DNA from: an uncultured Candidatus Rokubacteria bacterium
Lineage (GTDB): Bacteria > Methylomirabilota > Methylomirabilia > Rokubacteriales > CSP1-6
Direction: 5' to 3'
Length of the DNA: 64,000 nucleotides
NCBI GenBank assembly: GCA_963743355.1
Contig: CAVUPM010000002.1
Span: forward strand, 2,546,825 to 2,610,824
Shown: positions 18,172 to 26,293 of the stretch, piece after piece
Position numbering within the stretch: the first letter of the stretch is position 1
Layout of the letters: every line of letters begins with the position of its first letter
Notes under the pieces: generated by a model
The model's database searches: none
The model's input: only the letters and a program-made list of their open reading frames with translations
Told to the model about the DNA's origin: nothing
Program-made: the position numbers and the translations under genes

Positions 18172-18959
18172 CGTCGCGGCAGGGCGCCCGGCGCGAGCGT
18201 GAGTACACCGCGCCCCGGCTCTACGAGATCGCCTTCGACATGAACCGCAAGGGCGAGGTCGATTTCCTCGTCCACTGCTTCAAGCGCTACGCCCGCCGGC
18301 CGGTCAAGCGCGTGCTCGACATCGCGTGTGGCACCGGGCCCCACCTGGTCCGGCTCGCCGAGCGGGGGTACCGCATGGCCGGGCTCGACCTGTCCCGCCG
18401 CAACGTCGAGTTCCTCGGCGAGCGGCTGGCCGACAAGGGACTGGCGGGCGAGCTCGTCGTCGGCGACATGACCGACTTCCGCCTCGCGAAGCCGGTCGAC
18501 GCCGCCATCTGCATGCAGGACTCGCAAGGGCACCTGCTCACCAACGCGCAGCTGCTCGCCCACCTGCGAAGCGTGGCGGGCAATCTCCGAAGGGGCGGGC
18601 TCTACATCTTCGACCGCTACATGGCGTCGTCGTGGACGAACCCGGCGCGCTCGTGGTCGTGGTCGCGCCGCCGCGGCGGCCTGATCGTCCGCGCCTCGTT
18701 CTCGGCGCTGAACGACGTCGATCCGGTTTCCCAGGTCTTCAAGGAGCACATGACGCTGGAGGCCGTCGAGAACGGCACCCGTCGCGTGTACCGCCAGACG
18801 CATCTCTCGCGGATGGTCTTCCCCCAGGAGCTGCGCGGTCTCGTGGAGCTGGCGGGCGGGTTTGAGTTCGAGCAGTGGTTTTTCGGCTTCAAGCCGCACC
18901 AGCTCCTGGAGAAATCGAAGCACCCGCTGCTGATGGTGGTCGTTCTCAGGCGCACCTGA
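18168..18959 (+). CDS. Class I SAM-dependent methyltransferase, translationally coupled to speB (GTGA overlap)
   Basis: SAM-binding motif I VLDIACGTGPHLVRLAERG and motif II/post-I acidic residues; GTG start overlaps the speB stop codon. Confidence 0.65.
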   Translation: MTSRQGARREREYTAPRLYEIAFDMNRKGEVDFLVHCFKRYARRPVKRVLDIACGTGPHLVRLAERGYRMAGLDLSRRNVEFLGERLADKGLAGELVVGDMTDFRLAKPVDAAICMQDSQGHLLTNAQLLAHLRSVAGNLRRGGLYIFDRYMASSWTNPARSWSWSRRRGGLIVRASFSALNDVDPVSQVFKEHMTLEAVENGTRRVYRQTHLSRMVFPQELRGLVELAGGFEFEQWFFGFKPHQLLEKSKHPLLMVVVLRRT

Positions 18960-19065
18960 TCGACGGGCCGCCGAACAGCGGCCATCCGCGGCGTTGGCTC
19001 CTCGCTCTTCCCTGAGGCGCCTGCGGCATACGCCTCAGAGCTCGTGCACGAATCGCGTGGTCGAG

Positions 19066-19093
19066 GCGCGCCCCGGGTGTCCCGGGGCGCGCC
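19066..19093 (+). terminator. Candidate intrinsic terminator hairpin after the polyamine/methyltransferase operon
   Basis: Perfect palindrome GGCGCGCCCCGGG-tgt-CCCGGGGCGCGCC (13-bp stem), preceded by a second hairpin CTGAGGCG-11nt-CGCCTCAG at 19012-19038; no U-tract, as is common in high-GC genomes. Confidence 0.4.
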
Positions 19094-19141
19094 GAGCGCA
19101 TGGGGGGCGTGGGGCCCTGACCGCGAGGTAGGCTTCAGACC

Positions 19142-20320
19142 ATGCCCAGACTGACGGCGGTTGTGAGGCTCAAGCGCGGACGTGAGCAGAAGGCTCGGGT
19201 GCATCCGTGGATCTTCAAGGGCGATGTCGCCGATGCCAGCGATGTTGCGCCCGGCAGCATCGTGACGGTGGTGGATGCCGGGGGACGGTTCGTGGGGCGG
19301 GGGTTCTTCAATCCGCGGCCGGCGCTGTGCTGTCGGATCGTGACGTGGGAAGACGAGGCGGTCGACGCCCGGCTCCTGTCGCGCCGGCTCGTGGCGGCGG
19401 TCGACGCGCGGGGGCGCGGGGGAGCGGTGCCCGACGTCGGGCGGCTGGTGTGGAGCGAGGCGGACGGGTTGCCGGGGCTGGTGGTCGATCGGTACGGGCC
19501 GGGGCTGGTGGTGCAGTGTCTGACGCTGGGCATGGCGCGGGTACGGGATGACATCGTTGCCGGGCTCCGCGCCCGGGTCGGCGATCTCGCCGTGTTCAGC
19601 ATGGACGACGCCGTGGTGGCTCAACTGGAGGGCTTCGAACCGGCGGCCGGCTGGGTGGATCGGCCCGGGCCCGAGGAGATCGTGATCGACGAGGGCGGTG
19701 TGCGCTTCGCGGTGCGGCCCGGCGTCGGCCACAAGACCGGCGTCTACCTCGACCAGGCCGGTAACCGGGTAGCCGTCGGGGCCGCGGCCGGTCCCGGCGT
19801 CGCCCTGGACGTCTTCGCCTACACCGGCGGCTTCGCCTGCCACGCGCTCCAACGGGGCGCGCGGCGGGTGGTGTGCATCGAGTCCTCCCCCGAGGCCATC
19901 GCGGGCGCCCGCCGCAACCTCGAGCTGAACGGCTTCACCGAGCGCGCGGAAATCCGCGCCGTCAACGCCTTCGACGAGCTCCGCCGCCTGGACCGCGACC
20001 GCACCCGCTTCGACCTCATCGTCCTCGACCCCCCACCCTTCGCCCGCAGCCGATCAGCCCTGGACGCCGCCCTCCGCGGCTACAAGGAGATCAACCTGCG
20101 CGCGCTGCGCCTGCTGGCTCCCGGCGGCCGCCTGGCCACGTTCTCGTGCTCCCACCACGTGGACGAGACCACCTTCGAAGCCACCATCCGCGACGCCGCC
20201 ACCGACGCCGCCGTCCGTCTCCGCCTCCTCACCCGCCTGGACCAAGCCCCCGACCACCCGATCCTCCTGACCATCCCCGAGACCCGCTATCTGAAAGGAT
20301 TTCTCCTCCAAGCGCTGTGA
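19142..20320 (+). CDS. rlmI: 23S rRNA (cytosine1962-C5)-methyltransferase RlmI (PUA plus class I methyltransferase)
   Basis: N-terminal PUA-like region (RVHPWIFKGDV), SAM motif LDVFAYTGGFACHA, DPPPFARS motif IV. Confidence 0.8.
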   Translation: MPRLTAVVRLKRGREQKARVHPWIFKGDVADASDVAPGSIVTVVDAGGRFVGRGFFNPRPALCCRIVTWEDEAVDARLLSRRLVAAVDARGRGGAVPDVGRLVWSEADGLPGLVVDRYGPGLVVQCLTLGMARVRDDIVAGLRARVGDLAVFSMDDAVVAQLEGFEPAAGWVDRPGPEEIVIDEGGVRFAVRPGVGHKTGVYLDQAGNRVAVGAAAGPGVALDVFAYTGGFACHALQRGARRVVCIESSPEAIAGARRNLELNGFTERAEIRAVNAFDELRRLDRDRTRFDLIVLDPPPFARSRSALDAALRGYKEINLRALRLLAPGGRLATFSCSHHVDETTFEATIRDAATDAAVRLRLLTRLDQAPDHPILLTIPETRYLKGFLLQAL

Positions 20321-20488
20321 CCGCGCGGGGCCCGGCGCTGGCGCCGGGTGGCGGGCGAGGCACTCCCGCCGGACGAGCCGTGGCACCACCCGCAACGCAA
20401 GGCTGGCCGGGCGAGCCGGCGGGCGGGTGCCGAGCCGGACAGGGCCCGGCGCCAGCGCCGGGCCCCGCGCGGTCACAGCGCTTGGAGG
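20305..20488. repeat. Perfect 44-bp inverted repeat flanking a 96-bp spacer between convergent genes; MITE-like element or very long bidirectional terminator
   Basis: Left arm CCTCCAAGCGCTGTGACCGCGCGGGGCCCGGCGCTGGCGCCGGG (20305-20348) is the exact reverse complement of the right arm (20445-20488); the last 5 codons and stop of rlmI lie inside the left arm and the stop of the minus-strand gene abuts the right arm. Confidence 0.6.
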
Positions 20489-20489
20489 A

Positions 20490-21540
20490 CTACCAGGCGC
20501 GCGTCTCGCCGTGCGTGAGGATCCAGACGCGATCGGGGTCGAGGCCGAGCCGGCGCGCCTCGACCTGAAGCCGCGCCGGCGGCTCGGTCAGCGGCTCGTC
20601 CGCGAGGTCGAACGTCCCCCAGTGCATGGCGACGAAGCGGCGCCCGCGCACGTCGCCGAAGATCCGCAACGACTCCTCGGGCGTCGTGTGCGTGTGGCGC
20701 ATGATGGCCGCCGGCATGTAGGCGCCGATCGAGATCGCCGCCAGGTCGAAGGGGCCGAGGCGGGCGCCGATCTCCTTGAAGTACGGCTCCCAGTATCCCG
20801 TGTCCCCCGTGAAGAGCAGGCGTCGGTCGCGGCCGACCACGGTCCAGCCGCTCCAGAGCCGGCCGTTCTGCTCGAAGAACGCGCGGGCCGTCCAGTGCTG
20901 CACGGGCACGCACGTCAGCGTGAGCCCGCGCTCCGTCCGGCTGTCCCACCAGTCGAGCTCGACGACGTCGGTGATGCCGCGGCCGGCGAACCACGCCTTG
21001 AGCCCGAGCGGCACGTAGAACCGCGGCCGGTGAGCGGCGGCCAGCCGGGTGACCGTCGCCTCGTCGAGGTGATCGAAGTGGTCGTGCGAGATCAGCACGA
21101 CGTGGATCGGCGGCAGGTCCTCGAAGCGCAGCCCGGGCGGCGTCACCCGCCGGGGGCCGGCGAAGCTCAGCGGACTGGCGCGCTCCGACCACTGCGGGTC
21201 GGTGAGCACGTTCACGCCGTCGAGCTGGATCAGCAGCGTGGCGTGTCCGACCCACGTGATGGTGGCCTCGGTCTGGTTGGCCCGCAGGGCGGCCCCGTCG
21301 TTGGGCACGCGGGGCAGCGTCACCGTGCGCGGCGAGAAGGTGCTGGCCCACACCCGCTTCGCGAAGAACCTGGTGCGGGTCCAGAACGCCGGCCGGGCGA
21401 AGTCGGGATTGGCGTTGGCGAAGCCGCGCTCACGGTGGTGGGCGGGCGCGCCGGGGATGGGTCCTCCGACCCCGGTACAGGCGGCGGCCAGGAGGAGACA
21501 CGGCACGAGCAGGGCGAGCCGGCGACACGGGCGGAGCGAC
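20490..21540 (-). CDS. MBL-fold metallo-hydrolase lipoprotein (NAPE-PLD/Lactamase_B_2-like); start codon unresolved
   Basis: Lipoprotein signal ...RLALLVPCLLLAAACTG; metal motif HVVLISHDHFDHLD, GDTGY, MHWGTFD; only CTG/GTG candidates for the start, overlapping the histidine kinase stop. Confidence 0.6.
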
Positions 21541-21547
21541 GACAGCC

Positions 21548-22804
21548 TCAGGCGGTCTCTCCGGCCGGCAACGCCACGGTGAAGATCGCGCCACGGCGGT
21601 CGAGGCGGTTCTCGCCGCGCAGCGTACCCTTGTGCTCGGCCACGATGCCGTAGGACACCGACAGGCCGAGACCGCTGCCCTCGCCCGGCGGCTTGGTGGT
21701 GAAGAAGGGATCGAACAACCGCGGCAGCGCCTCCGGCGGAATGCCGTGGCCCGTGTCGAGAATCTCCACCAGGAGCGTCGCCGCCAGCGGCCGCACCCGG
21801 ACGGTCAAGACCCTCTCGTCCCCCTGCTGGAGCATCGCCTGGTGGGCATTCTGCACCAGGTTGAGAATGACCTGCTGGATCTGGTTCTCGTCGGCGGAGG
21901 CCGAGGCGCACGGCTCGAAGTCCGTCAGCACCTCCACCCGATCCCGCTCGAGCTGGTAGGCCTTGAGCTCGATCACCCGACGCACCTGCTCGGCCAGCGA
22001 GCAGGGCCGCCGCTCGGGCGGGTAGTGACGCGAGAACAACAAGAGGTTCTGCACGATGCGGCCGGCACGCGAGGCCTCGTCGGCGATGATCGCCAGCCGG
22101 CTGCGGACGTGGGACGTGACCTCGCGGTGATCCAGCAGCAGGTGCGCCTGGCCCAGGATCGTGGTGAGCGGGTTGTTGATCTCGTGGGCGACGCCGGAGG
22201 CCAGCTCGCCGACCGCCGACAGCTTCTCGACGTGGACCAGATGGGCCTGCGTCCGCTGCTGCTCCTCGAGCTGGCGCCGCGCCTCCGAGTAGAGCCGCGC
22301 GTTGTCGAGCGCCGCCCCGATCTGATCGGCCGTCGCCTCGACGAGCGTCACCTCCCGTTCGTCGAACGGGTCGCTGTTCTGGCGGCCGAGCGACAGGGTG
22401 CCGAGCCGCCGCCCCCGGCTGTTGATCGGCACGCACAGGAAGCCACGCATGCGGTCCTGCTGCACGACCGCCTTGGCCGCCGGCAGCAGGTGCGGCGATT
22501 TGACGACGTTGCGTAGATTGAGCGTCTGCCCGGTGGCGGCCACCGTGCCGATCAGCCCGTGGCCGACCGTGAGGACGCGATTGATCTCGCGCAGCCCCGC
22601 GGACAGGCCGCGGTCGCCGCGCAGCTGGAGGGTTGCGCCGTCCTCGGACAGCAGGTGCAGGCTGGAGATCTCGTGGCCGGTCACGTGCGTGAGCGCGTCG
22701 AGCGCCGTGCGCAGGACTTCGTCGACGTCGAGCGATCGGCTCACCGTCCCCGCGACGGTGTGCAGGATCTCCAGATGCCGCGCGGAGCCCAGGCGGTCAC
22801 TCAT
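21548..22804 (-). CDS. GAF-domain sensor histidine kinase (GAF, HisKA, HATPase_c)
   Basis: GAF-like N-terminus; H-box SGVAHEINNPLTTI; N, G1 and G2 boxes (QNAHQAM, DTGHGIP, GSGLGLS). Confidence 0.8.
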   Translation of the reverse strand: MSDRLGSARHLEILHTVAGTVSRSLDVDEVLRTALDALTHVTGHEISSLHLLSEDGATLQLRGDRGLSAGLREINRVLTVGHGLIGTVAATGQTLNLRNVVKSPHLLPAAKAVVQQDRMRGFLCVPINSRGRRLGTLSLGRQNSDPFDEREVTLVEATADQIGAALDNARLYSEARRQLEEQQRTQAHLVHVEKLSAVGELASGVAHEINNPLTTILGQAHLLLDHREVTSHVRSRLAIIADEASRAGRIVQNLLLFSRHYPPERRPCSLAEQVRRVIELKAYQLERDRVEVLTDFEPCASASADENQIQQVILNLVQNAHQAMLQQGDERVLTVRVRPLAATLLVEILDTGHGIPPEALPRLFDPFFTTKPPGEGSGLGLSVSYGIVAEHKGTLRGENRLDRRGAIFTVALPAGETA

Positions 22805-22997
22805 GTGGCGTGACCCATCCCGTCGGGCATTCTAGCATCACCGTTGTCGGCCGCTCTCGGCGCTCGAGCTGATCGAGCAGCGTCTTGACCCGCCGCAGCG
22901 CGCCCACGCGCGCACGCAGCTCGAGGAAGTCGAACGGCTTGCCGAAGACGTCGTGGTAGCGCCGCCGTTGCCGTGCAGGGACTGGAGCATCACTCAC
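22797..22997 (-). pseudogene. Remnant of a response-regulator receiver domain (C-terminal beta5-alpha5 only), 66 codons wedged between the alaS stop and the kinase start
   Basis: YHDVFGKPFDFLELRARVGALRRVKTLL matches the conserved ...DDYLTKPFD..EL.ARI.ALLRR end of CheY-like receivers; upstream in frame is the alaS stop codon, so the N-terminal 80-90% of the domain is absent. Confidence 0.35.
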
Positions 22998-23033
22998 CTG
23001 GAGGCCCCCCGGGCGGGCCGGCGGGTGTCCGGC

Positions 23034-25724
23034 TTACGCGCCGGTGCGGGCCACGGCGTCGTACACGCCGTCGAGAGCAGCGTCGAGCTTGGCGGGTTCC
23101 TTGCCGCCGGCCTGGGCGAGATCCGGACGGCCGCCCCCGCCCCCGCCGACGGCGCGGGCCACCTCCTGCACCAGCTTGCCGGCCTGGAAGCGCTTGGTCA
23201 GGTCCTTGGTGACCGCCGCCACGAGATTGACCTTGCCGTCCACGACGCTGCCGACGAGCACGATGCCCGAGCCGAGCCGCTCGCGCAGGCGATCGGCCAC
23301 CGCGCGCAGGCCGTCGGCGTCGAGCCCGTCGATGCGGCCGGTCACGACGGCGACCCCGTTCACCTGGCGGGCGCCCGCCACCAGATCGTCGGCCTTCGAG
23401 CGGGCGGCCTTGCCCTGGAGCTCCTGGAGCTGGCGCTCGAGCGCGCGCTGCTCGTCCAGCAACTTGCGCAACCGCTGCGGCGCCTCGGCCGGCGCGATCC
23501 TGAGGATGTCGCCGATCTCGCGCAGCACCCGTTGCTGGCGAGCCACCGCCTCGATCGCGGCGGTGCCGGCCACCGCCTCGATGCGGCGCACGCCGGCCGC
23601 CACGGCCCCTTCGGTGTCGACCTTGAAGAAGCCGATCTGGCCGGTGGAATCCAGGTGCGTACCGCCGCACAGCTCGGTCGAGAAGTCGCCGATGCGCACC
23701 ACGCGCACGCGGTCGCCGTACTTCTCGCCGAACAGCGCCATGGCGCCGGAGGCCAGCGCCTCCTTGATGCCCATCACGTCGTGGGTGACGGGCGTGTTGG
23801 CCTGGACCTGCTCGTTGACCAGCTCCTCGATCTGCTCGACCTCGCGGTCCTTCACCGAGCCGCCGTGCGAGAAGTCGAAGCGCAGGTGGTCGGGCGCGAC
23901 GAGCGAGCCAGCCTGGGCCACGTGCGTGCCGAGCACGCGGCGGAGCGCGGCGTGTAGCAGGTGGGTGCCGGTGTGGTGCTGGCGCAGCCCCTGGCGCCGA
24001 GGCGTCTGCACCGCCACCGCCACGTCCTCGTTGTCGCGGAAGCCGCCCGACCGCACGGCCACGCGGTGCACGATGAGCTTGGAGCCTCGGTAGTACGTGT
24101 CGAGAATCTCGCCGCGGCCCTGGCGACCGGCCAGCGTGCCGGTGTCGCCGATCTGGCCGCCCGACTCGGCGTAGGCGGGCGTGCGATCGAGAATGACCTC
24201 GACCTCGTCGCCGGCCGCCGCCTCCCGCACGCGCTGCGTGCCGCGCACCATCGCGAGGATCCGCGCCGGCGTCGTCAGCGTCTCGTAGCCGACGAACTGG
24301 ACCGCGGGGATCTCCGCGCTCAGTCGCTGGTAGACGGCGGCGCTCTCGCTCTCGTCGCCCGCGGTGAACGTCGCGCCCGCCCGCGCCCGGTCGCGCTGGG
24401 CGGTCATCTCGGCCTCGTACGCCACTTGCGTCTCGTCGGTCACGCGCCAGCCCTTCTCCTGGAAAATCTCCTCGGCGAGGTCTTTGGGGAATCCGTGGGT
24501 GTCGTACAGCTTGAAGAGGAACTTCCCATCGAGCTCGAGCGGAGTCGTGAGGTCCGACGGTCCCTGACGGCCCTGGACCCCGGCGTACTCATCTATCAGG
24601 CGCATACCGCTGTCGAGGGTCTCGGCGAACCGCTCCTCCTCGCTCCGCACCACGTCCTCGATGCGCACCCGCTCCTTGAGGATCTCCGGGTACGCCGCAC
24701 CCATCACGTCACCGACCCAGGCTACGGTCTTCCAGAGGAACGGCTCGGTGAGGCCGAGCATGCGGCCGTGGCGCATGGCCCGGCGCATGATCCGTCGCAG
24801 CACGTAGCCGCGCCACTCGTTGGACGGCGTCACGCCGTCGGCGATGAGGAAACTCGCCGTGCGGCCGTGGTCGGCGATGACGCGCATGGAGACGTCGTCG
24901 TCCCCGGAGGCGCCGGGGCGCTTGCCGGCCAGCTCACTGATGCGCGCGATGAGCGGCGCGAACAGGTCGGTCTCCCAGCTCGAGAGCTTACCCTGCATCA
25001 CCGCGGCGACGCGCTCGAGCCCCATGCCGGTGTCGATCGACGGCCGCGGCAGCGGTGTCATGCGCCCGCTGGCGTCGCGGTTGAACTGCATGAACACGAG
25101 GTTCCAGATCTCCAGCCAGCGATCGCACTCGCAGGCCGGCCCCTGGCACACGCGCCCGGCCGCCTCTTCGGCGCACGGCAGGTGATCGCCCTGGTGGAAG
25201 TGGACCTCCGAGCACGGCCCGCAGGGCCCGGTGTCCCCCATCGCCCAGAAGTTGTCCTTCTCGCCCAGGCGCAAGACGCGGTCGTCCTTCAGCCCCGCGA
25301 TCTGCTTCCACAGGGCGAAGGCGTCGTCGTCGTCGGTGTAGACGGTGGCGATGAGCCGGCTCGCGTCGATCCCGAGCTCCTTGGTGAGGAACTCCCAGCC
25401 GAAGGTGATGGCCTCGGCCTTGAAGTAGTCGCCGAACGAGAAGTTGCCGAGCATCTCGAAGAACGTGTGGTGGCGCGCGGTCCGGCCGACGTTCTCGAGG
25501 TCGTTGTGCTTACCGCCGGCCCGCACGCACTTCTGGCAGGTGGTGGCCCGCACGTAGTCGCGCCGCTCCTCACCGAGGAACACGCTCTTGAACTGCACCA
25601 TCCCGGCGTTGGTGAACAGCAGGGTGGGGTCGTTGCCGGGGACGAGCGGGGAGGACTGCACCCGGGTATGGCCGTGGCGCTCGAAGTAGCGGAGGAAGGC
25701 TTCGCGAATGTCGCTACCGGTCAT
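23034..25724 (-). CDS. alaS: Alanine--tRNA ligase
   Basis: MTGSDIREAFLRYFERHGH..., class II aaRS motifs, editing-domain HxxxH/CxxxH region, C-terminal DHHA1 domain. Confidence 0.95.
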   Translation of the reverse strand: MTGSDIREAFLRYFERHGHTRVQSSPLVPGNDPTLLFTNAGMVQFKSVFLGEERRDYVRATTCQKCVRAGGKHNDLENVGRTARHHTFFEMLGNFSFGDYFKAEAITFGWEFLTKELGIDASRLIATVYTDDDDAFALWKQIAGLKDDRVLRLGEKDNFWAMGDTGPCGPCSEVHFHQGDHLPCAEEAAGRVCQGPACECDRWLEIWNLVFMQFNRDASGRMTPLPRPSIDTGMGLERVAAVMQGKLSSWETDLFAPLIARISELAGKRPGASGDDDVSMRVIADHGRTASFLIADGVTPSNEWRGYVLRRIMRRAMRHGRMLGLTEPFLWKTVAWVGDVMGAAYPEILKERVRIEDVVRSEEERFAETLDSGMRLIDEYAGVQGRQGPSDLTTPLELDGKFLFKLYDTHGFPKDLAEEIFQEKGWRVTDETQVAYEAEMTAQRDRARAGATFTAGDESESAAVYQRLSAEIPAVQFVGYETLTTPARILAMVRGTQRVREAAAGDEVEVILDRTPAYAESGGQIGDTGTLAGRQGRGEILDTYYRGSKLIVHRVAVRSGGFRDNEDVAVAVQTPRRQGLRQHHTGTHLLHAALRRVLGTHVAQAGSLVAPDHLRFDFSHGGSVKDREVEQIEELVNEQVQANTPVTHDVMGIKEALASGAMALFGEKYGDRVRVVRIGDFSTELCGGTHLDSTGQIGFFKVDTEGAVAAGVRRIEAVAGTAAIEAVARQQRVLREIGDILRIAPAEAPQRLRKLLDEQRALERQLQELQGKAARSKADDLVAGARQVNGVAVVTGRIDGLDADGLRAVADRLRERLGSGIVLVGSVVDGKVNLVAAVTKDLTKRFQAGKLVQEVARAVGGGGGGRPDLAQAGGKEPAKLDAALDGVYDAVARTGA

Positions 25725-25740
25725 GAGAAAGATAGTTTAC

Positions 25741-25800
25741 CACCCCGGGCGGTGGGGCCCCGGCGCCTGGCACCCCCCGACAGGGGGGGCCGGGGTTACT
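25741..25800. repeat. Degenerate G/C-hairpin sequence possibly related to the dispersed repeat family
   Basis: caccccgggcggtggggccccggcgcctggcaccccccgacagggggggccggggttactcccc between alaS and recX; similarity to the main family is weak. Confidence 0.25.
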
Positions 25801-26260
25801 CCCCGTCTGGCTGTATGCGCAGCGACTCGCGCACCACCCGGGCCACCACCCCGCCCGGAAACCCGCGCCGTAGCAGGTGATCGCGCAGGCGCGCGGCGGC
25901 CTTGCGAGGCTCCGCGCGGGCCAGTGCTGGAAGCCGGCGGCGGGCCAGGCGCCGCGCTTCTTCGAGCTGATCGCCGCGGTCCACGACGGTCAGCGCCGTG
26001 TCGATGAGCGGGGCGGGAACCCCGCGGGCCCGAAGCTCGGCCCGCAGCCGGGCGGTGCCATAGCCGCGGGGGGCGCGGGTCGTGACCCAGTGCCGGGCGA
26101 ACGCCGCATCGTCCACGTGGCCGCGCGCAACGAGGTCGTCGGTGACGCTGGCGGCGACGTCCAGCGGGGCGCCGCGGCGCCGGAGCCTGGTCATGAGGTC
26201 GGCCCGGGTCCAGGCGCGGCGGGCCAGCAGGTCACCCGCGGCCAGGCGGGCGGCCTTGAG
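25796..26260 (-). CDS. recX: RecA regulator RecX; N-terminal extent uncertain (no canonical start codon in frame)
   Basis: RecX helical repeats ...DLLARRAWTRADLMTRLRRRG...LRAELRARGVP...AARLRDHLLRRGF; the frame stays open up to the recA stop with RecX-like sequence but no ATG/GTG/TTG. Confidence 0.65.
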   Translation of the reverse strand, partial: LKAARLAAGDLLARRAWTRADLMTRLRRRGAPLDVAASVTDDLVARGHVDDAAFARHWVTTRAPRGYGTARLRAELRARGVPAPLIDTALTVVDRGDQLEEARRLARRRLPALARAEPRKAAARLRDHLLRRGFPGGVVARVVRESLRIQPDGE

Positions 26261-26293
26261 ATCCAGCTCCCGCCGTGGCGCGCGGATGGTCGG

